NCBI GenBank assembly: GCA_963921275.4
Contig: OZ001293.3
Location: 5,920,001 to 5,984,000, forward strand
Length of the DNA: 64,000 bases
DNA from: an uncultured Hormoscilla sp.
GTDB lineage: Bacteria > Cyanobacteriota > Cyanobacteriia > Cyanobacteriales > Desertifilaceae
Direction: 5' to 3'
Below, one piece after another: positions 9,468 to 21,994 of this stretch (its first letter is position 1; each line of letters starts with the position of its first letter). The notes beneath the pieces are model-generated. The model was given only the letters and a program-made list of their open reading frames with translations, made no database searches and was not told the DNA's origin. A program made the position numbers and the translations under genes.

Positions 9468-12400
9468 TCAACTCGTAGCAGCGATCAGGACTTCGCCTTT
9501 AAGCATCCGTTGAGCAGCCTCCAGCAAAGCTTCTTCCAAATAAGGCTTAGTGAAATAGCCCTTGGCACCCGAGTTAGCCGCCCTTTGCCGGTGCTTATCG
9601 GCACCACGAGAAGTCAGCATCGCCATAGGCATATGATTGAGGTGCTCGTCTTTCTGAAGCCGATCGAGAAGTTCCAGACCATCCATTCTGGGCATTTCGA
9701 TGTCACAGAAGATAATATCGCAAGGCAGACCCGATCGCAATTTATCCCAAGCATCCTGACCGTCACGAGCTTGTTCCACCCGGTAACCAGCCTTATTAAA
9801 GGTCATCGACAGCAGTTCCCGCACCGTAATCGAGTCATCGACAATCAGCACAGTCGGCTCAGTTTTGATCTGCGGTACCTCAGGAATAGTTTGCATAGCA
9901 TCGTAATCCCAGGTTCTTTCCCGCCGGGACCGTCCCTTCGAGAGGTCAATCAGTTCCAGCACATCCGCGATCGGCATAATCCGACTATCCCCCAAAACCG
10001 TAGCGCCCGCCACCCCCATGGGCTTAGGTACCGGGCCTTCCAGTTGCTTAATCACAATTTCCTGCTCGCCCAGTACCCGATCGACCTGGAGAGCAATGTA
10101 TTCACCAGCACCGCGCAGGACCATTTCCAGCACGTCAAATTCTTCCTCCGTATAGTGTTGATTATTACTAGGTGCCGTTTCCTTTAACTGAGCACCAGGC
10201 CGATTGCCAGTGCGCGAATTCAGTAGGGCCGCTTCCAGGAGCGATCGCTCATATAGGTCCTGCATCCGCCCGCCCACATCATTCAGTTGTTGCACCTGAT
10301 AGAGCAAATTATCCAAAGTTGTCCGTAGCCGATATTGGTTTTGCTCCAATCTATTGCGGTTCACCACCAATTCCCCGACCAAGTTACTGAGGTTGTCCAG
10401 CTGCTTGATCGGCACCTTCATGTTCTGCTCAGGCTGTCGCGGTCGGCTATGGGTTTGCTGTTGCCGCTGTTTGCTGTGTGGTTTGATCGGAGGTCCACCC
10501 AACTTGTCTGCATCTACCAACATTGCTTCGAGTTCATCAAACTCATCACTGTTTGATGAACCATTACCTGCTTCTGATTGAGTCTCTTCGTTTCCGGTGG
10601 ACTCTGCTTGCAGACCATCTTGCGAGGCATCCAAAAATTCTTCTAGTCGAGCGAATACTGCTTGCTCGGCGTCCCCTAGGCTTGCCTGCTCTTCATGCCC
10701 CAGTAAAGCCTCCAATTCTTCCCATTGGTTATTTTTCGCTGCTGCTGTGTCCCCGGGGAGCGCTATTCGCACAAAAACGGGGACACAGGCTGTCGATGTC
10801 TGTTCCCCTGTCGAACCCTCATCAGGATCCCGATCGCCCAAGAGTTCCATATCTTTTTCCCAATCTATCGGACCCAAGTCAAGGTCATCGGACAGATCCT
10901 CTGTTTGAGAAAAATCGGTAGCATCCAGTTCATCAAGGATCGCTTCAATATCATCTGTACTTTGCCCAGATGCAAACATATTGGAATCCATGTCTAGCAT
11001 ATCTAGCGGCGTCTGGCTAGAACTTGATGCCACATCGGGATCCAACGATGCCGATATATCCCACATCGGATCTAATTTTTCATCTTCTGATGTCTTGACC
11101 TCTTTTGTCCCTTCGGATGACAAGTCCAACAATTCCTTGTCTGACATATCCGGCCAAGAGTCAGTTGCCGTTTGGACTTCTGCCAAACCTTCTGCCAAAG
11201 AAAGTTCCTCTACCTCTCCTGATGGCTGACCGTACTCTGAAAATATATCCAACTCTTCTGGCATCTGATTTTTCGCGCAGCGTGCTTCACCTGCCCCTGC
11301 CTTGCTTACTTCCGATGACAAGTCCAACAGTTCATTTGACATATCTTCAAGAGAGTCTGTGCGATTCGTTCTAGCCTAACGTGGTCAAACACGGAACGCT
11401 AGCCCGGTTTCATTAGCCGGGAACTCTGACCGCATGGGGGTTAAATTCCCCTCCCCCCAGGTACGGGGGTGACACCGGTCCTCGGTGCTACGAAGCGACA
11501 TCATCGTGGTGCTAAGCGAGGACTCAAATGTAGGATAACTGGCAGCCTAAGCCGGTGACGCCGCTAGGAAAGATATCCAAGGTTAGAGCAGGCAAACATG
11601 TGCAAGCCTCGTTATAAGGAACCAGCGAAATAAGGCTATATGCGCTGGCCTAAAAAGGAAATGGTAGCTAGTATTAGTTTTAGACTCTGGCTAATATAGT
11701 ACTCAAATAGCTCCCGGGGTATAGTGTGGACCTAAAGGTATCGCGAAATGTTGTTAGGGAACGAAGTAACCTCTCGTGTGCTGTCCATCAGGACAAGTTA
11801 GATGTTAAGCGCAAGCCACGGGGGGAGGGATGGCCCAAGAAGCGAATGCCCGGGGTAATTCCTGGGATAACATCTACAGTAATGTAGATGATGCTGGGTA
11901 GCCAGCGCTGACGTGGGTCGGTGATACTAGGAAGCTGCTGGAATGAGTAATCCTAAAAAGCCACGGAACTAATCCGAAACGCAAGTGGAGGATAAGGTAT
12001 GGATAACTGGTAAAACTGACTTGAAAATGGTGATACTAACGGTTATCAGAACAACCACTCGCTAAACCAGGAAAGGGAAGAAAAGACAGGCGGCAAGGGC
12101 TAACGGAAGTAATTCCTATTAAGTCTACCTATGAAAAGGGCCTAGTACCCAGTAGCCGGATGCGGTGAAAATCGCAAGTCCGGTTCCTCAAGGGAGGGTC
12201 GGGAAGCGATTCCCGGCTCGACCCCATCCAATGAAATAGACTCTCCCTCGTCCAGAGATTCCGCATACTCCATCTCCAGCTCCAACTCTTGCAGCATCTT
12301 CCGATTTTTCGCGCAGCGATCGCGTAGGACCGGTACCCTGTCGGTGCGCGCAGCGCAATCGCCTGCCGCTTCCGAGTCAGATGCTTCTTTTGTTTCTGTC

Positions 12401-14262
12401 TGGGAGTCTAACAGTTCATTTGACAGCTCCTCAAGAGAGTCTAATGAGAGAGACTCTTCAGACATGTCGGTACCTGTAGCTGACGATGAAAACATATCCA
12501 GTTCTAAGTCAGACAGCATACTTTCTTCCTTGAGGTCGATGTCTAACTCTTCGGTCGCCAACTCTGTCTCTAATCCTGACTCTAGCGGGTCGGAAACATT
12601 GTCAGTCAGCTGGAAATCTTCCCAGGATGCTGCTGCCTCCAGATCCTCTAGATCCAGTTCTCGGTCATCCCTAGAGTTCTGGCTATCAACTTCGGCCGGT
12701 TCCATATCTGTTGTGATGTCAAATAAATCATCATCAGATACTTCGAGCAATTGAGACTCGTAACTTTCCAAGGGTTCTAGGACGTCCCAATTATCCTTGT
12801 GGCCATCGGATGAGGCGATCGCCAGCAGATCGTCAAAATCCTCTAATTCTGCCTGCTGTCCTATACTGTCATGATTTGCCAGTTTCTCATGCTCCGATCC
12901 TGAGACAGTTTTGCCACCCGTCGCCGCCAGTTCCGACTGGCCTCTTTTACTGGACTGCTCTGATGTTTGAGCTTTAATTTTTGGATTATTAGCTTGCGTT
13001 TTTGATGCTGCGGTCATCTCACCAGTATCTGAGTATCCCCCCTCTGCATTATGGCCATTTTCCTCTGCTGACAGCAATTCCAACTCCTCTTCCAACTCTT
13101 CTGAGATTCCTTGTAGAGCGCTAATCCGATCCGAGTCGTCAGGCTTTTGCGGTGTGATTTCTAATAAGTCAGTAAAATCCCTTTCCTCTTGTTCATCTTG
13201 TGCATCTTCCAGATCCAGCAACTTCTCACCAAATAAGCTATTTAAATCATTCTTGCCGCTTTTTGTCCCACCCTCGCTCAGATTTGGTTCCTCTGCCCTA
13301 CCCGCAGAAGCTTCCAGAATATCCGAAAAGTCCCTATCAAAATCGGCCATTTCCAGGTTATCACCCTCTGGTTCCCCCAGAGAATCTGCTGCTTGCCAGG
13401 TTAGATCCAGATCGGGTTCTTTCCCTTTGAACAAGTCCGCCAGGGTGTTAAGTTCTGCCATTCCCACTTCCGGACCCTGGGAATCTTCGGTCTTTACAGG
13501 AGTTGATATCGGATCGGAGGCCCAAGGGATGATTTCCGATATATCTGAGCTGCTAGTCACCGGTGGCACTGGTGGCTGGTCAGTAATTACTACTCGTGCT
13601 AAGCTGTGATAGCTGTTTTCCTGATGGCCGATCACCCTACTTATTGCCTCTACTAACCTCTTCCACCTCACTGTTTCAAATCGATCGCCTGCTTGGGATA
13701 GAGTGCGACAAATTGATGCAAGCTGGGAGCGACTCTCACTATTATCAGCTTGCTTAAACAGCTGTAGCATCTTTTTCAACTGCGCCTGCACTTCCCTACC
13801 AAACACCTGTTGTAGCGCACTATCTTCTGTCTGGTCCTGCTGTATAATCTTTCTACCCAGACGATTGTCTATACTCACCAAAACTGGTTCTATCGCTAAC
13901 ATTATTTCGCTTGCTTTTTCCTCAGTCAGACCCAATGAACCTTGCAGACTATCGAGCAACTCTTGCAAGCTATCAAACACCTGAAACAATAGGTACTCTA
14001 GCTTTTTATCTACCACTTCCTGACAATTTCGCATAATTTCCAGGTAATCTTCCAGCTTATGAGCTATTTTCTGAATACTGTTTATTCCCAGCATTGCTGC
14101 TCCCCCTTTCACCGAGTGAGCAGCGCGGAACACCTCATCGATCATTTCTGGATCCGCGATCTTATTGCTCATATAAATCAAACCTTGTTCAATCGTATTG
14201 AGGTGGTCTTTTGCCTCCTCAATGAATTAACCTATTATTCTCTCTTCTTGTTCCGCTTCCAT
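9468..14262 (-). pseudogene. hmpE: CheA-like hybrid kinase of the hmp/pil cluster, disrupted
   Basis: Hpt (FRAAHSVKGGAAMLG), dimerisation segment (LDNLSNLVGELVVNRNRL), partial CheW and REC; TAA at 14227-14229 in codon 12; antisense intron at 11359-12228; HATPase region missing at about 10121. Confidence 0.88.
11359..12228 (+). mobile_element. ORF-less group II intron (IIB-like), antisense within cheA
   Basis: 5' GTGCG; domain V TAGCCGGATGCGGTGAAAATCGCAAGTCCGGTTC (about 12153-12186); domain VI hairpin with bulged A; EBS1 loop TTAGACTCT complementary to flank AGAGTCT; no RT ORF. Confidence 0.93.
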
Positions 14263-14519
14263 AATTTTTACTTGCTCGTTTATTTTTTCTCTCTCATCTT
14301 TCATTTAGCAATTTCTCTCATCCCACTTTCTTTATTTCTTACCGACATTTACAACTTCGCTACAATTTCCGATCTCCCCTGGCTCTCTTTTCCTCTTATT
14401 TATGTTATATATAGACAAATATCCTTTGCGAGTGTGATCAGTGAGGACGGGAACGACCCAACCGCTTCTCTTTCTATACTAATCGGAGTTGGGGCTAATT
14501 TTTGACGAATATCTAAAGT

Positions 14520-14615
14520 CAGTGGTCCGTGGTCAGTAGTCCGTGGTCCGTGGTCCGTGGTCCGTGGTTAGTGGTCAACTAACCACCCACAACTAACAAC
14601 CCACAACTAACAACT
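14520..14615. repeat. Heptameric short tandem repeats (STRR-like)
   Basis: (GTGGTCC)n followed by ACTAACA-type units; similar TTAGTTG run at about 18197-18238. Confidence 0.75.
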
Positions 14616-14807
14616 CAGTGATAACTGTACTGATTATACCATTTTAAACTAAAGAAGCTACTGATGTCCAACCCGAACATCCTTGCCACCTAGTTTGGCA
14701 ATCTCAAATCCCAATCACCTCAATGACGCGACAATTTTACTATTTATGAATAAAAATGACTATATTATTGCCCATACAAATCTGAGGGCACCTTCGAGAA
14801 TGTCTTA

Positions 14808-17567
14808 TTATTCCTTCGTTTCCACGCGGAAGCGCTCTACTGAAGTCAAGAGATCTCGCGCCACATTCACCAGGTTACCTAAAGCGCCGGATACCCGCTG
14901 AGCCTCTTGGGAAGTTTCTTGGGCTGTCAGTTCTACTGATTGGGTCACGTGAGCCACCGCTCGCGAAGTTTCAATCTGCTCAACCGTGTCAGCAGTAATC
15001 GAGCGGACCAGAACATCAATGCGATTATTAATCTGAATGATCTCTTCGAGAGATGTAGCAGCTTCTTTTGCCAGATTAGTTCCTTTAATCACCTGCTGCG
15101 TACCGTCTTCCATCGCCTGCATGACTCCATTTGTCTCGCTCTGGATCTGCAAGACGATCTGCTCAATTTGCTTCGACGCTTTAGCTGCCCGGTCAGCTAA
15201 TTGGCGCACCTCATCGGCCACGATCGCAAAGCCCCGACCCGCATCACCAGCACGGGCCGCCTCAATACTAGCATTGAGGGCCAGCAGGTTAGTCCGAGAA
15301 GCAATCGAGGAAATCAGGGCCACAATCTTAGAAATTTCTTGGGAAGATTCTGCCAGTCGCTTCACCTTGCGAGTCGTCTCAGCCACAGTTTCTCGGATCG
15401 CCAGGATCCCCTCCATCGTCCGTTCCACTGCTTCACCACCCTTAATAGCCGTAGTAGCAGCCGATCGAGCCACATTTTCTGCCTGACGAGCACTTTCTGC
15501 CACCCGTTGAATCGAATCAGTCATCATCTGGACCGAATTCAGCGTCACCGTCAGATCCTCCGCCTGCCGCAGAGCGTCAGAAGACAAGCTTCTAGCAAAC
15601 TCCGAGCTATCAGTCGCACTCCTATTCACTTGCCGCGCTGCTGCCTTCACCTGTTGGACAATTTCCCGTAGGTTCTGAATTGTCAGGTTAAACGAGTCTG
15701 CCACCGCACCCAAAACATCAGCAGTCACCTCGGCCTGTACCGTCAGGTCTCCACGAGCCGCACCTTCTACATCATCGAGCAATCTAATCACCTGACGCTG
15801 CAAATCCTCCTTCGCCTGCTCCTGCTCCGCCGCCCGACGCTGGGAATCAGTCATAGTAGTCAAAATATTCCGGGCCATCCTGTTAAAGCTATCCGCCAGA
15901 CGCCCCAGTTCATCTTCTCCGTATACCTTTGCCTGAGCTCCTAGCTGACCTGAGGCCACTGCCTCGAATTGAGCTTGCAAGTTATCCGTAGACTGCTTGA
16001 TTTGTTTAGAGGTTACCCAGCCCAGACCATAGGTGATACCAGCCGTTTCTGCTCCTGGCAGCACAATCATTAATAACTTTGACAGGGCTGAGGCTTGTGG
16101 TTTCGTGGTATAGATCACACTGGCACCCAACAGAGCAGATACTACAGCAGCAATCACCGCCGTATACAATTGTTTTTGCATCAGGGAGGCATTTTCAAAA
16201 AAGCCCAACAACCCCTGCTCCCCTGAAACTGCTAGTTCGGACTTTTGCTTGGCCTCCGGAGCGAAACTCGGAACCTGTTCGGTAGAAGTAAACATCTCTC
16301 CTGGTTCTCCCAATATGGTCGAGGGTTTCATCTGAGAACTTTCCATTGATGAGGTGCTCAAGTCGGAAAGGTCCGTAGAGTCGGGAAACTCAGAAAAGTC
16401 GTCTAGCTTATCGTCAAATACATCGAAGTCGTCCAGGAAATCAACCGTGCCATTGTCAGATGACAACGGCTCGCTGATGTCACCGGTTTCTTCTGGTTCT
16501 ATATCTGGCAGTTCATCATCAATGTCAGTTGCGCCCTTATAGAAGATCTCGTCCCTGTCCGGCGGAGAGTATTTCTCCGTATCTGACAGGGTTTTATCGC
16601 TGCTGCCATTGCCCAGCACCACCTCCTCGTCAACATCGGACTCTGGTAGCGGTTCCATCCCAGGCATAAATAGGGTTTTTTCTTCCCCGATCTCTCTAGG
16701 GGGTAAATAGCCCGTTTCATGCAACTGCCCATTACCATTGCTTGCATATTCGGACTCTTCGGGGTCTTTTAAATGCGGCTCTTGATGCCCATTCAGATCC
16801 TTTACCTGCTCTTGGGCGTCCAGCAACTGATCGACTGGGTTTTCCAAGACCGTTTTACCTGGACGATCGTGATAATTTGAGGAGGGTTCTCCCTCTAAAG
16901 TCAGAACATCATCTGCAGCCAACAATGTTTTTTCTTCCAGTTCTGATATTTCCTCAACATCGAAGATGTCTTCGCTCATAGTCATGCTATAAGCTGACTG
17001 GTTTAAACTCTCAGGTAAATCAGCAAAGGGATTGTCATCACCTTGGTCATCCAATTGGGTACCCGAGTCTAAGTCTGTATAATTATCGACATCAAAGGGG
17101 CTAGCAAATGGTCCCGAAATTTCTTGGCCTGATGTCAACTCCGGAGAGCTGTCAGCTATACTATCAAAACCATCTAGGTCAAATTCCGAGTCCTCAAGTA
17201 GTTCTTCCCATTTTTCTGCAAACGACTGCTCGTCAACCTCTGCTGAATCTTGTTCTGCGACTGCCCGTGGCGCCATTGACTCTATCTGGGCTGCTGGTTT
17301 GCTAGTAAATTGACTAGCGTAATCGATCCCATCGTTGGCATAATTAACCAACACTTCCTCAGTTGCGATCGCCAGTACTGACTCGTACTCTTCTATGGCT
17401 GTCTCATACTGCTGTAGCCCATAGCAGTATATGTGACCCCGGAGTAAATGGCCATTGGGCTCCGATGGGAAATCTTCCACTAATGAGTCAACAATTGCCG
17501 CCGCCTCTTCGTATCTACCCTGCATGTAGGCTGTTTCAGCTTTTTGGTATTCTTGTAGATAGTCCAT
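14808..17567 (-). CDS. hmpD: Methyl-accepting chemotaxis protein with N-terminal TPR (PilJ/HmpD type)
   Basis: N-terminal TPR, acidic linker, TM, HAMP ([11 protein letters not shown]), MCP signature [29 protein letters not shown]. Confidence 0.92.
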   Translation of the reverse strand: MDYLQEYQKAETAYMQGRYEEAAAIVDSLVEDFPSEPNGHLLRGHIYCYGLQQYETAIEEYESVLAIATEEVLVNYANDGIDYASQFTSKPAAQIESMAPRAVAEQDSAEVDEQSFAEKWEELLEDSEFDLDGFDSIADSSPELTSGQEISGPFASPFDVDNYTDLDSGTQLDDQGDDNPFADLPESLNQSAYSMTMSEDIFDVEEISELEEKTLLAADDVLTLEGEPSSNYHDRPGKTVLENPVDQLLDAQEQVKDLNGHQEPHLKDPEESEYASNGNGQLHETGYLPPREIGEEKTLFMPGMEPLPESDVDEEVVLGNGSSDKTLSDTEKYSPPDRDEIFYKGATDIDDELPDIEPEETGDISEPLSSDNGTVDFLDDFDVFDDKLDDFSEFPDSTDLSDLSTSSMESSQMKPSTILGEPGEMFTSTEQVPSFAPEAKQKSELAVSGEQGLLGFFENASLMQKQLYTAVIAAVVSALLGASVIYTTKPQASALSKLLMIVLPGAETAGITYGLGWVTSKQIKQSTDNLQAQFEAVASGQLGAQAKVYGEDELGRLADSFNRMARNILTTMTDSQRRAAEQEQAKEDLQRQVIRLLDDVEGAARGDLTVQAEVTADVLGAVADSFNLTIQNLREIVQQVKAAARQVNRSATDSSEFARSLSSDALRQAEDLTVTLNSVQMMTDSIQRVAESARQAENVARSAATTAIKGGEAVERTMEGILAIRETVAETTRKVKRLAESSQEISKIVALISSIASRTNLLALNASIEAARAGDAGRGFAIVADEVRQLADRAAKASKQIEQIVLQIQSETNGVMQAMEDGTQQVIKGTNLAKEAATSLEEIIQINNRIDVLVRSITADTVEQIETSRAVAHVTQSVELTAQETSQEAQRVSGALGNLVNVARDLLTSVERFRVETKE

Positions 17568-17652
17568 CTACCACGCCCCCCTGCTAAACAATTTATCCAT
17601 CCCGGAACCCCCCTCGAACTTTCACTGTCCCGAATTAGTCTTCCCCTTATTT

Positions 17653-18189
17653 TTATGCTGCCCACCGCGCTGACCACAGCAGTACCACTTGGTTTAGCAA
17701 CCGCAGATATTTACCATTCTCTTTGTCTATCAACCATTCACCCAAGAGGAATGGTTCCATAGTATCCTGTACATTTGTTGGTCTTTGTAGTTCATCTACA
17801 TCCAGCCAGACCAATCCCACTATGTTGTCAACTGCTAATCCCAGCATCGTGTCTTGATCTTCGACTGCAATCACCGGAATGTCTGGTCTATCAGTATTTA
17901 ATGGCTCTTCATCTCCTAAAAACTTACCTAGGTCCGCCACCCAAATCACCCGGCCTCGTATGTTTATGGTACCCAATAGCAAGGGAGAAACGTTAGGTAT
18001 CGCCGTAATCATGTCTGGTGACTGAGACAGCACTTCCCGAATGCCAATCGCATTTAGGGCCAACTCCGATCCCGAAGGTACGTAAAACCTTAAATGTAAC
18101 TCTCCCTCTGGATTTTCCAGTTCCTCGAATGCCAGCGCTTGTCCTTTTTCTGCATCAGCACCCGTTAAAAAGTCAGGATTTCCTATCAT
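17653..18189 (-). CDS. hmpC: CheW adaptor (PilI/HmpC)
   Basis: IPNVSPLLLGTINIRGRVIWVADL, LGLAVD motifs; gene order. Confidence 0.92.
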   Translation of the reverse strand: MIGNPDFLTGADAEKGQALAFEELENPEGELHLRFYVPSGSELALNAIGIREVLSQSPDMITAIPNVSPLLLGTINIRGRVIWVADLGKFLGDEEPLNTDRPDIPVIAVEDQDTMLGLAVDNIVGLVWLDVDELQRPTNVQDTMEPFLLGEWLIDKENGKYLRLLNQVVLLWSARWAA

Positions 18190-18934
18190 TGCCTCCTTAG
18201 TTGTTAGTTTTTAGTTGTTAGTTGTTAGTTTTTAGTTGCTCCCGACAGGCGTCTGGCTGTCTGTCTGTCGCCTAGAGAGTCGGTCCATTAATAAAAATTG
18301 ACAAATTTCGGCACATCCGAAGCGTCTAATTAAAAGGAGCGCATGAAACCCTCACCCAGCAAGGGATATAGCCAGGTGTTGCCTAAATTTCCGCGCATAC
18401 CTACTCTGTAATGGTTTCAGCAGTTTTATTAATCAAACTGAACCAGTGGCCAAATTTCAACTACTGTGCATAGACAGAAAATCGATCTTATTTCGGACTG
18501 TGTATCTTTACATATATTATACTATATTAAATAACCCATGTCAAGATACACAGCGGGAGCATTTCATAAGCCAAGGTATTACAAGCAGCTTTCATGTAAT
18601 ACAAAAGGGAATTGAAAATAACTCCGAACTCCGTTACGAAGTGCTCTCAGCGCTACTCCGAACTCTGAACTCTTACTGTACCGACGCTTTAGGACAGGCG
18701 TCTGGCCTGTCACTCAGTTATTAGTTGTTAGTTACTGGACAACGATGGCGTGAGCACTCTCTTTATAGATGGAACCGACTTTGACCCCAGTTGTCGCCCC
18801 TCACCGGAGCACCCAATGCTGACCCCAATCACCAGTCACCATTCGATGGCGGTCACCGGTCGATGGCGGTCGATGGCGGTCGATGGCGGTTATCATTATT
18901 CTAACCGCTAACCACTAACCACCTACGAGAATCA

Positions 18935-19300
18935 CTACCCTCGTAGTAGTTGTTTCACCGTTCCCACCAGCTCCGTCGGCTGAAACGGTTTAGCAATGTA
19001 GGCATCTGCCCCTTGCTTCATTCCCCAGTAGTGATCGAATTCTTCTCCTTTGGAAGAGCACATTACCACCGGTACATTCTCGGTTTTTGGGTCTGCCTTC
19101 AGACGACGGCAGACTTCATAACCATTCATTCGCGGCATGACAATATCCAATACCACTAAATCCGGGCTCAGGGATTGGATTTTCTCCAATGCTTCTAACC
19201 CATCACTTGCTTTTTCTACATTTAAGCCCCTTCCCTTCAAGAGGTCTGCGATCATCTCCCGTTGGGCTACACTATCTTCAACCACTAGAACAGTACTCAT
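18935..19300 (-). CDS. hmpB: CheY-like response regulator (PilH/HmpB)
   Basis: Single REC domain with DLVVLDIVMP and AYIAKPF. Confidence 0.93.
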   Translation of the reverse strand: MSTVLVVEDSVAQREMIADLLKGRGLNVEKASDGLEALEKIQSLSPDLVVLDIVMPRMNGYEVCRRLKADPKTENVPVVMCSSKGEEFDHYWGMKQGADAYIAKPFQPTELVGTVKQLLRG

Positions 19301-19411
19301 AACTTTCTACCTGCTAACTGCACCGCCTGCCACTACGGGTTCTTACTGATTTTAATTCACCCCTGTTTTGTCTCATCTGTTCAACACTTTCTAATTTAGC
19401 TAAAATATCCA

Positions 19412-20686
19412 CTAGGGCGCTGTCTCAATTGAGCCAATCTCCAGTTCGTCGTCCGACCCTAGGAGGGCATCATCTAGCGGTCTCGAAGCTAACGGACCCG
19501 GCGCGTCCGACGGGCCGCTGCCCAGATATATTTCTAATATTGTCAATAGTTCACCTGTTCCAAAGGGTTTTGTCAGGTAGTCCGTCGCTCCCACCATCCG
19601 GGCTTTTACTCGGTCAATAAATCCATCTAAGCCGGTCAGCATCACGATCGGAGTCTGCCGAAATAGCGTCGAGCGCCGGAGCATTGCACATATTTCGTAG
19701 CCATCTAGTTCGGGCATCGCAATGTCACAAAGGATTAAGTCCGGTTTGAGTTTGAACACCAGACTCAGTGCCTTGATGGGATTGCAAATCGAGGCTACTT
19801 CGTAACCTTGCTGCTTGAGGATGGACTCTACTGCCTTACAAATGGCAAGGCCATCATCAATACAAACAATGCGGGGGATATGAGCTGACTGGTGAGGCCA
19901 TGCATGCTTTCCCTCTGTGGGTTCGCCATCCGAGGGGTAAACCAGTTGTACCGACCCCTCTTTTATATAAGGATAAAGTACCTTGGCCAATGTTAAGACA
20001 TCTCCATTTAAGTAACGGGCTATTTGCCGCATGGAACTTTTGCCGTCTGCCCAAGTCCGGATGATTCTGTAGTTATTTTTGCTCATTTTTGAGCTCAATT
20101 GGGTATGATTGGCAATCACTGGACATTGGTTAGGGGACTGGATGTGGGGATTAAACTGCATCCACTCCTGCATCTGGTGCATAATTTTTGTTACCAGGGA
20201 GCGTATGTCCAGGGTTGTTAGCTATGGGGCCAAAGCTGGTCCTACTTCAAAGATGAAAGAACCTTGGTACAGCGAGAGCAGGTCAAATAGGGTTTCATGC
20301 ACCATATTCCCAATTATGGTCCGCCCTTGAGCTGGCGTTAGGTAGTGATTTTCCAGCATTGCCCACAGGTATCCGTACTCTAGCGCATTGATGGAGGAGA
20401 TAGATGGGGCCTCTATCAGGTCCCCCACGGCATCTTTTTTGTAGTAACGCATGTAGTCCCGTAAACGGAACAAATTGCTATCTTTATCTGCTGCTGCATA
20501 GATGATTTTACCGTTGAGAAAAAATACAAACCATGATTGTTCTGTCAACAAACGGGAACTGCGGTCACTGACTGATACATCTGGTCCCGAGACATACGCC
20601 TCTACAAACAACTCTCCTGTTCGCTGTCCCAACTCTATCAGTTGCAAGATGCTACGGATATCAATTTCGCTCAACTGTCCCTGCAT
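19412..20686 (-). pseudogene. hmpA: PatA-type response regulator (PilG/HmpA) with an in-frame nonsense codon
   Basis: PATAN-like N-terminus and C-terminal REC are in the same frame, separated by TAG at 20222-20224. Confidence 0.85.
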
Positions 20687-21116
20687 GCAGATCCTGATGC
20701 TTTTTTAAACTAGATTTTGTTTCCGCGATGTCTCCGTATCGGTGCTCTGCGTAGTGCGAATAGAGCGCAGAGCACATCGGGAGTAGTGCGAGTACGATGG
20801 AGGTAGTACGAATAGCGCGTCCCCTGGAGGGGGGACATGGAGCGACTCGGAGACATCGAAGCGCGGCCAGCGCTATATTCTAATTCCCGATCGAGATCGT
20901 GGTAATAGTACTTCTGGTGTATTCTTGGCTTATTTGTCCGTCGAACGCCGGTTCAAATCGAAATCCGCCACACAGATATCTACTTTGAGCGGTCAACTGC
21001 TCGGCTGATAGCTATTAGCTTATAGCTGCGAAAGGTTTGAGCTTTTGGCCCAAGTGCAAGTATAGCAGCGACGCTAAACCAGAGCCCGGTCTCGTCCGAA
21101 GCACCCTAGTTGTCCT

Positions 21117-21160
21117 CGATGTCTCCGGAGAGCGCTAAAAGCACTACTCCGGAGACATCG
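21117..21160. repeat. Short palindromic dispersed element CGATGTCTCCGGAG-agcgctaaaagcacta-CTCCGGAGACATCG
   Basis: Identical copy at 21579-21622; related copies at about 20727-20860, 41184-41315 and 58187-58240. Confidence 0.75.
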
Positions 21161-21994
21161 AAGCGGCGCGGCGGTCGCTATGATTGAGGCTCAACTATTT
21201 GCCTATTATACCCGGTTTAGAGTTAACTTGCGATATGATTGTCATCAGTCTCCCTTGTCGGTGGAATTTATCAGTCAGGCTTAACTGGGTGGAACTCATG
21301 AGCGATCGCCCTGTTCGGGGTCATCGTCGCGTCAGGTTAGTATAATTCCATATAGTAGTGAACATGGGCGATAAGCAGGCCAACACAAATAAACGGGAGC
21401 ATGTAGGACTGCGCTGATACCATGCCAGTTGACAATTGTCAATTTTGAATTTTCAGCACTATCCCCGTCCAGAGGTAATTGTCTAAGAGCAAAAATATTT
21501 ATTGACTGCGACATGCTCCCTAAGTCAAATTCACGATGCGGGTTGGCAAACCATAGTAAAAATACTGAAAAAGGAGTTCGATGTCTCCGGAGAGCGCTAA
21601 AAGCACTACTCCGGAGACATCGAGGGATGGTTTGGGATTAGCATAGAGATGAAATTGCCACTAGATGAGAGTGTAAAGTATTGTCAAAGGTGGCCAGGAA
21701 GGAGACAGAGGATGAGGAAAAAGGGATTTACATAAAAGTGGGTAAAAGGGACGGGAATAAACTATTATAGAAATGGGTGTTGCACATAGATGGTATGATG
21801 GATGCGCTAATTGCTAATTGCGTTCCCGTCCCCAGGGTTGACAGAGTTCGGGCACTGGCGAGGCTAATTGCAGCTTGACCATTAGCAATTAGCAATAATT
21901 ATTCGCGCTCAAGTAGTTGAATACCAAAATAGTGAACCCAGTCAAAATGTAAAGTCAGACAAGCGTACAGGGAATTATAAAGAGGAAGAACGGC

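Noticed and set aside
11359..12228. Retron or diversity-generating retroelement explanation for the structured non-coding DNA and TPR variation
   Set aside because: There is no reverse transcriptase in the window, the RNA has clear group II domains V and VI, and the TPR differences are not adenine-specific.
20700..21990. Alternative-sigma (SigJ/SigF-type) promoters or an sRNA between hmpA and hmpF
   Set aside because: Only partial GGGAAT matches were seen and the hairpins are explained by dispersed repeats; not supportable from sequence alone.
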